Below are positions 45,599-50,465 of a DNA stretch of 50,465 nt, piece by piece. Position 1 is the stretch's first letter. The number at the start of each line of letters is the position of its first letter. The position numbers and the translations under genes are program-made. The notes under the pieces are model-generated. The model did not search any database and had not been told where the DNA came from. It was given only the letters and a program-made list of their open reading frames with translations. Source of the stretch: a phage; sequence record NC_105618.1; one strand, 5' to 3'.

Positions 45599-46233
45599 AA
45601 TTTGAGTGCGTATCAAGTAGCGGATCTGGTTTCAAGTGTGGTAAGGTCTACGAAGGCGCTAGCGTCAATGACAATAGCTTCGTTATCACGGATGAGCGAG
45701 GTAGAAATGTTAACGTTGTCCGGCGTCACGAATACCAGGAAATATTCCTGCCGTATTGCGGTAGCTCAAAATATATCTTCCATCGAATCGTAGATGGTGT
45801 TAAATTTAAAGACGTAATCGAAGCAATCAACCAACTGCATAATAAAGAGGTAAAATTTATGAAATTCGAATGTATCAGTGATAACACCAAAAAATTTACC
45901 GTTGGCAAAATCTACGACGTGCCTACTGAGCACGCAAAGCACACTGTAGCGCTGACCGACGACACGGGCCGCCACCGCATTGCAACCGTAACGCACAACG
46001 GTGAAGGTCTTCGCTGGAATAGCGGCGGCACTAAGTTCGCAACTTTCGGCAAAAAGCGCAAGCGTACTTTTTGCGTAAATGGCAAGGTTGCAGCAAACAA
46101 GATCCACAACGTCAAGCCGTCGGAAGTTGACCGTAAGCCAGCACTGAAGTTTGAAGAGAAAGCGGATTTGTCTGGCCTAGCTATCGCTCTTGTTCTCCTG
46201 GTCGCTTCGATTTCGCTGATGTTCATCATGTAA
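45595..46233 (+). CDS. membrane-anchored protein with internal tandem duplication
   Basis: two MKFEC(V/I)S...GK(V/I)Y repeats then C-terminal TM helix LSGLAIALVLLVASISLMFIM. Confidence 0.45.
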   Translation: MKFECVSSSGSGFKCGKVYEGASVNDNSFVITDERGRNVNVVRRHEYQEIFLPYCGSSKYIFHRIVDGVKFKDVIEAINQLHNKEVKFMKFECISDNTKKFTVGKIYDVPTEHAKHTVALTDDTGRHRIATVTHNGEGLRWNSGGTKFATFGKKRKRTFCVNGKVAANKIHNVKPSEVDRKPALKFEEKADLSGLAIALVLLVASISLMFIM

Positions 46234-46240
46234 TTTTAAC

Positions 46241-46274
46241 GGGGAATCGGCTCTGAGCGGTTCCCCTTTCTTTT
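46241..46274 (+). terminator. intrinsic terminator
   Basis: GGGGAA...TTCCCC hairpin then TTTCTTTT. Confidence 0.55.
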
Positions 46275-46286
46275 GGAGAAAACACT

Positions 46287-46397
46287 ATGCCAGACTTTTC
46301 CAACTGGAATAACGAGCCGCCATCATTTCATGAGTTGCTATTCTGCCTCCTGGTCCTGACATTATCTCTTAAGGGTGTTTTATGGCTACTATCATGA
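46287..46397 (+). CDS. possible hydrophobic micropeptide (36 aa)
   Basis: GGAG RBS; MPDFSNWNNEPPSFHELLFCLLVLTLSLKGVLWLLS; approximate coordinates; competes with track ORF 46382-46600. Confidence 0.2.
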   Translation: MPDFSNWNNEPPSFHELLFCLLVLTLSLKGVLWLLS

Positions 46398-46584
46398 CAG
46401 CAGAAGATGCAGCGCTTGACGCAGTGGAAGGAATGCGCCCAAATACCTCCAGAATCGCACACTACTACAAATCTGAGGTGTCGGCAGTGCAATTGGTCCA
46501 CGAAATTTTAAGGCTCCCACAAGTCGATTCAGCGCGCGTGGTGACGTGCTTAAAAAATTATTTTTGCATCACTATTAAAACGAA

Positions 46585-46627
46585 TAGCACGAATTGCTAA
46601 AACCTATCAAGGGGAATGCGCTATGAT
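46585..46627 (+). promoter_or_regulatory. palindromic-motif promoter module
   Basis: TAGCA-N5-TGCTA, 22 nt, TATGAT in hairpin GGGGAAT...ATTCCCC. Confidence 0.5.
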
Positions 46628-46657
46628 TCCCCTACACCAAAAAACGAGGGAACACTC

Positions 46658-47104
46658 ATGAAACATTTGATTTGCATTGAAACACCTAACGATGAATACA
46701 CCCTGCACGGCATCGGAATGTTCAAAGGTCACTACATGACAGCAAGTATTTATGATGCGCGTCGCGGCGATGGCGATCTGATGATTACCTCAAAAGAGGT
46801 TAATCCGTACATCATGCAGAATCTTGGAAATAACGAATATATGGCCTACGGCTGCAACGCGGTGTATAAGCATATCAAGATCCGCAAGCGTGTCGTGCGA
46901 TCATTCAAGAAAATTGCAATGAAACACTGGAAGATGAGCAAGAAAGATGCCGGACATTGGGCGCGTGACGTTGCATATTCATACTTCTACCGTAACGGCG
47001 AATCCTGCTACTTTCTGATCGATGAACTTATGGAAAACTACGGTGGCGACTTCAGTCAGGGTAGCTTTGATGACTGGGCCAACTATGAGATCAGTTGCTG
47101 GTAA
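46658..47104 (+). CDS. hypothetical protein
   Basis: GAGGGA RBS before in-frame ATG 46658 (track start 46616 lies inside promoter module). Confidence 0.45.
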   Translation: MKHLICIETPNDEYTLHGIGMFKGHYMTASIYDARRGDGDLMITSKEVNPYIMQNLGNNEYMAYGCNAVYKHIKIRKRVVRSFKKIAMKHWKMSKKDAGHWARDVAYSYFYRNGESCYFLIDELMENYGGDFSQGSFDDWANYEISCW

Positions 47105-47147
47105 TAGCACGAATTGCTAAAACTTGCTCAAGGGTATTTGATAGAAT
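47105..47147 (+). promoter_or_regulatory. palindromic-motif promoter module
   Basis: TAGCA-N5-TGCTA, 22 nt, TAGAAT in hairpin. Confidence 0.5.
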
Positions 47148-47186
47148 GCCCTTCGTTGAGTTAAGCAACCAATCAGAGGAATTACT

Positions 47187-47390
47187 ATGAAAACTATTAA
47201 CGGAATGAGCAACGAAACGAGAACGCAGATCGTTAACATGCTAATCGGTATGGCTGACGATATTCAGAATAGCCAGGTCGTTATTGATTCATGCAATCAG
47301 ACTCGCGAGAGTAAATTTGAATCATCCGGCTACAAAATTGTTGAAGAAGAATTAACCATCAAAATCATTCGCGTACAGGAGAAAGCATAA
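47187..47390 (+). CDS. hypothetical protein
   Basis: track ORF; CCAATCAGAGGA leader. Confidence 0.4.
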   Translation: MKTINGMSNETRTQIVNMLIGMADDIQNSQVVIDSCNQTRESKFESSGYKIVEEELTIKIIRVQEKA

Positions 47391-47923
47391 TGGATAAAAT
47401 CACAATTTGGGGCCAGACAATCAACCTGTTTCTCGGCCCGCGCCGCGTAGCAATCTTTGACTTTGATGGTACACTTAGTGACGGATCCGGTAGACTTCAT
47501 TTGCTGCCGACAAAAGATTTGCACTTGACTGAAAGCTGGTCCGAGTTTAACCTCGCGGCAATATTTGACAACCCTATCCAAAGCACGATCGATGTGATGA
47601 ACTCTATGTTTGCCGCTGGTTATCATGTGATCATTTTAACCGGGCGAAGTGATGAGGTGCGTTACGCATCTGAGTTGTGGCTTAAGCATCACGGCGCTCG
47701 ATATGATTACCTGATTATGCGACCACACACCGATAACCGGAAAGACACAGTAATGAAAGAAGAGGCGGTGCGCGCGATCGGCATTGATAACATTCTGGCG
47801 GCCTGGGATGACTCACCGCAAATTATTCCATTATTCCGCTCACTTGGAATAACCACTTACGCTGTAGTTGACTATGGCGATAAAGTTCACGATCATTTAA
47901 AATCTCACGGGGTAGATGAATGA
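47390..47923 (+). CDS. HAD-family phosphatase (polynucleotide 3'-phosphatase-like)
   Basis: HAD motif I DFDGT; VIILTGRS and AWDDSPQ motifs resemble the T4 Pnk phosphatase domain. Confidence 0.65.
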   Translation: MDKITIWGQTINLFLGPRRVAIFDFDGTLSDGSGRLHLLPTKDLHLTESWSEFNLAAIFDNPIQSTIDVMNSMFAAGYHVIILTGRSDEVRYASELWLKHHGARYDYLIMRPHTDNRKDTVMKEEAVRAIGIDNILAAWDDSPQIIPLFRSLGITTYAVVDYGDKVHDHLKSHGVDE

Positions 47924-48030
47924 ACCTGTACGAATTTATTGCAGCGCATCCGGTATTAACGGTTATCATTCTGCTAATCATCAATCACACCATCATCAAT
48001 GTGGCAAAATTATTTTTAGGGAGATACTGA
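47920..48030 (+). CDS. hydrophobic micropeptide (36 aa)
   Basis: MNLYEFIAAHPVLTVIILLIINHTIINVAKLFLGRY; ATGA overlap with phosphatase stop, ends 1 nt before kinase ATG. Confidence 0.25.
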   Translation: MNLYEFIAAHPVLTVIILLIINHTIINVAKLFLGRY

Positions 48031-48031
48031 C

Positions 48032-48604
48032 ATGAAAACAGCTATCATTTTAAACGGTGCGCCTGGTGCGGGAAAAGACACTATAGGGTGCATCCTGGCT
48101 GACACTTACGATCATGTAGCGCTACGCAGCTTTAAAGCTCCAATGTTTGAGATTGCCCGAGCAATCTTGGGTGAGACTAATTTCGAGTATTTCATGTTCT
48201 TGTATGAGGACCGTCGCTATAAAGAAGAGCCAGCATCAATCCTGAACGGTAAAAGCCCACGCCAGTTTATGATCTGGATTAGCGAGGAGGTCATCAAGCC
48301 GCAGTTCGGAAATCGCTTCTTCGGTATGCGAGCGGAAAGCAAGGTGAAAGAGTCGCACTCCCTTTCGGTATTTACTGACGGTGGATTCAAAGATGAGATC
48401 CTACAAATGATTGAAGGTGATATCCAGGTTAAGCTATGTCGAATCCATCGCAACGGTTGCAGCTTTGATAACGACAGCCGAGACTATATCTATCTTGACG
48501 ATATGATCGGGGTCAACGGTTATCAGGAATGTGACTTCTTTTCTGTCGAAGGCCATCCAGAAATTACCGCTCAGCACATAGCCGCCACGTTCATCAACAA
48601 GTAG
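48032..48604 (+). CDS. P-loop kinase (polynucleotide kinase or dNMP kinase-like)
   Basis: Walker A GAPGAGKDT. Confidence 0.6.
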   Translation: MKTAIILNGAPGAGKDTIGCILADTYDHVALRSFKAPMFEIARAILGETNFEYFMFLYEDRRYKEEPASILNGKSPRQFMIWISEEVIKPQFGNRFFGMRAESKVKESHSLSVFTDGGFKDEILQMIEGDIQVKLCRIHRNGCSFDNDSRDYIYLDDMIGVNGYQECDFFSVEGHPEITAQHIAATFINK

Positions 48605-48644
48605 CACGAATTGCTAAAACGTCGGTGGGGTGATTTGATATAGT
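48602..48644 (+). promoter_or_regulatory. palindromic-motif promoter module
   Basis: TAGCA-N5-TGCTA, 22 nt, TGaTATAGT. Confidence 0.5.
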
Positions 48645-48676
48645 TACCTCATCGACAACGAAGAGAGAAAATCGAA

Positions 48677-48886
48677 ATGATGGTATCAACTGATAAGTTT
48701 TTCACTTGCACTAAAACTTCTGAAGTATTCGAACTGGTTCATACTGATAATGGCGATTTCATGCATGACGGTTGCGACGTTTTTATCGAAGTGAAAGAAA
48801 GCGACTATGATGACGGAGTTTATTATAACCCGACAGTGAACACTCAGTTTTTTACACCGATCGAAGAGGAAGGAGAAGAGGCATGA
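48677..48886 (+). CDS. small acidic protein
   Basis: 69 aa, acidic C-terminus EEEGEEA. Confidence 0.4.
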   Translation: MMVSTDKFFTCTKTSEVFELVHTDNGDFMHDGCDVFIEVKESDYDDGVYYNPTVNTQFFTPIEEEGEEA

Positions 48887-49227
48887 TTACGATCAACCTG
48901 TCAGATAAGCAAGCGCGCGAACTCTTGGACACGATTGGTGAACAGCTTCACGTAAAAGGTGCTGCGGCTGAACTACTTAACCAGATCGAAAGGCAGCTTA
49001 CCCCAGCATCAACAAACCAAGCTGAGTTTGCAGCCTGGAAAAGCGAGCGAATCCTGCCAAATATCATCAAGGCATGGAAGCGCAAGCATAAAAAAGAAAT
49101 CAATGTTGAGGATTTATTTGCCGATGAATTAAGTCCTTCAAAGGTTGCTCAATACCAGTTGCGATACATGGAATCAGTTTGCAATCAGGTTTTAGGTGTT
49201 AACTTTTCATTTGGGAGAGGTAAATAA
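48883..49227 (+). CDS. hypothetical protein
   Basis: track ORF, translationally coupled. Confidence 0.4.
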   Translation: MITINLSDKQARELLDTIGEQLHVKGAAAELLNQIERQLTPASTNQAEFAAWKSERILPNIIKAWKRKHKKEINVEDLFADELSPSKVAQYQLRYMESVCNQVLGVNFSFGRGK

Positions 49228-49457
49228 TGTTCGGTTTAAGCGAGGCGGAGTGGAATGTTGTAAAGCGTGCCGCGAAAGAATTAAACAAATTCGTCAGCGG
49301 AATGAAGAAAGAAGATCGCAAGAACGATAAGATCATGATTGATGTAATCTCGACTCACCACAAAAAGGTCGAGCCACTCATCGACCGATATAAATTTGTA
49401 TGGACTGCCGGGTACATTGCTGGGCGCGTAGGGAACAAAGAAGGGGATTACGAATAA
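49227..49457 (+). CDS. hypothetical protein
   Basis: track ORF, GGGAGAGG RBS. Confidence 0.4.
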   Translation: MFGLSEAEWNVVKRAAKELNKFVSGMKKEDRKNDKIMIDVISTHHKKVEPLIDRYKFVWTAGYIAGRVGNKEGDYE

Positions 49458-49660
49458 TGGCTAACTTACCGAAGAAAGGCGAGCAGGTTCGATGTGTCAC
49501 TTCACGCAATAGCGATGCTTTCTCTGCTGGTTGTTCTTACGATGTGGAAAAGGTTAGTAAAGCAAAGAGACTCGTATATGTGTACGGCGACGATGGAAAC
49601 TTGCATGAGATTGATTACCCGCAGGATATGACTAAGGGACAATTCGAAATTAATGATTGA
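49457..49660 (+). CDS. hypothetical protein
   Basis: AAGGGGA RBS before in-frame ATG 49457. Confidence 0.35.
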   Translation: MANLPKKGEQVRCVTSRNSDAFSAGCSYDVEKVSKAKRLVYVYGDDGNLHEIDYPQDMTKGQFEIND

Positions 49661-49824
49661 CCTGAATCGCTGAGCGGTGATAGTATTAATCCCGTAGACA
49701 GACGAGGCGCAAAGAAGCGCAACGCGTGAGACGATTCTCACACTTCCAGCTAACAAGCTCGGTTGCATAGTGGTTAAGCAACGCCGCAGACCCGTAAGCG
49801 GCAACAATTCCAGAGGATTGCATA

Positions 49825-49986
49825 ATGCAAAATATCAAAGACGAATCAGTCAAAATCGAAATTAAAGTAACTCGCAACGGCAAAACGACTCGTTATAAAA
49901 AGCGGTTAAATCCTGGAGAGGCCGTTATTGGTCGCATCGATGGCGTTATGATTAAGGCGCAAGAAGATGAAGCGATTCAAAGTTAA
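49825..49986 (+). CDS. hypothetical small protein (53 aa)
   Basis: GAGGA RBS; not in track; approximate coordinates. Confidence 0.3.
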   Translation: MQNIKDESVKIEIKVTRNGKTTRYKKRLNPGEAVIGRIDGVMIKAQEDEAIQS

Positions 49987-50153
49987 ATTAATCATTCGAA
50001 AGATGGGGATGTTTTGCCAATCATGCAAACAATCTTTCGAGACTGAATTATCAGCAACCAGTCAGGCAGAAGCCATCACGAAAGCAAAAAAACTTTCCGG
50101 CGCTAACCTTGACACTCACAAAATAAATATTGAATTAATCAAGGAGATTTAAC

Positions 50154-50381
50154 ATGACAATTTTTTTATTGATTATCGCTGGTGTCGTTATTTTTGGTGC
50201 TGGTTTGTTTGCTTGCTTCGTACTTGTGGCATACGCAATGGCTATGGAAGCGAAGGATAAAACTGGTGTATGGCTAACCTACTCTCCCAAGAAGGACCAA
50301 TGGGAAATGATTGGCGACCTTGCTCACTGTTACTCTAAAGCACGGCTTCACCATAAAGGAATTAAACGACGATTGTCGTGA
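50154..50381 (+). CDS. small membrane protein
   Basis: N-terminal TM helix MTIFLLIIAGVVIFGAGLFACFVLVAYAMAM; AAGGAGA RBS; terminator downstream. Confidence 0.4.
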   Translation: MTIFLLIIAGVVIFGAGLFACFVLVAYAMAMEAKDKTGVWLTYSPKKDQWEMIGDLAHCYSKARLHHKGIKRRLS

Positions 50382-50389
50382 TAAACACT

Positions 50390-50413
50390 AACCCGCTTCG
50401 GCGGGTTTTTTTA
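50390..50413 (+). terminator. intrinsic terminator
   Basis: ACCCGC-TTCG-GCGGGT hairpin then T7. Confidence 0.7.
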
Positions 50414-50424
50414 TGCCTGCAATA

Positions 50425-50447
50425 TGGTAAAATAGCAATAAATGTTA
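50425..50447 (+). promoter_or_regulatory. extended -10 promoter plus palindromic operator upstream of gene at position 1
   Basis: TGgTAAAAT followed by TAGCA-N5-TGTTA, then AGAGGA RBS completed by ATG at position 1. Confidence 0.45.
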
Positions 50448-50465
50448 AACAAAGAGGATGGATTT

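Noticed and set aside
27828-48644. Repeated 21-nt motif considered as a CRISPR array or satellite repeat
   Set aside because: Copies are 0.5-1.5 kb apart, occur on both strands co-oriented with genes, and sit in gene leaders; no regular short spacers.
49740-49824. Possible tRNA gene suggested by a D-arm-like segment (TTGC-ATAGTGGTTAA-GCAA)
   Set aside because: No GTTC(R)A T-loop, no 7-bp acceptor stem with matching 3' strand, and no 7-nt anticodon loop could be found by hand.
1-50465. Lysogeny module (integrase, CI-type repressor, attachment site)
   Set aside because: No tyrosine or serine recombinase-like ORF and no repressor/cro pair recognisable; gene content fits a virulent phage. The HTH protein at 27361-27813 is treated as a transcription regulator, not a lysogeny repressor.

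Overview
The window reads as a complete, circularly permuted genome (about 50.5 kb) of a virulent T1-like siphovirus (Drexlerviridae-type gene content); the last bases of the window plus the first ATG form an intact RBS and start for the gene at position 1. All calls are from reading the sequence and ORF track; no database search was run, and hand-derived coordinates (refined starts, small ORFs, motifs) are +/-1-2 nt. Layout: 1-20.1 kb (+) terminase, portal, head, tail, tape measure and J-like tip genes; 20.1-21.3 kb (-) a lipoprotein plus putative receptor-binding protein operon; two AT-rich divergent control regions (21.3-21.85 kb and 41.1-41.7 kb); recombination genes (exonuclease, ERF, SSB); tail fibre, primase and an HTH protein on the minus strand; helicase, VRR-NUC, Dam methylase, HTH-phosphoesterase and a lysis cassette (pinholin, SAR endolysin, u-spanin) on the plus strand; then two blocks of small early genes. 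No integrase or CI-type repressor was seen. The most notable signal is a palindromic motif (TAGCA-N5-TGCTA) found about 22 times: at roughly 20 early genes it sits 22 nt upstream of a -10-like hexamer that lies inside a hairpin, and at three late/regulatory genes it abuts the RBS. The divergently transcribed HTH protein at 27361-27813 is the candidate regulator. Other points of interest are a DNA methyltransferase split by an in-frame TGA, a split polynucleotide kinase/phosphatase with an intercalated micropeptide, an HTH-metallophosphoesterase fusion, and several small acidic, membrane and lipoprotein genes.
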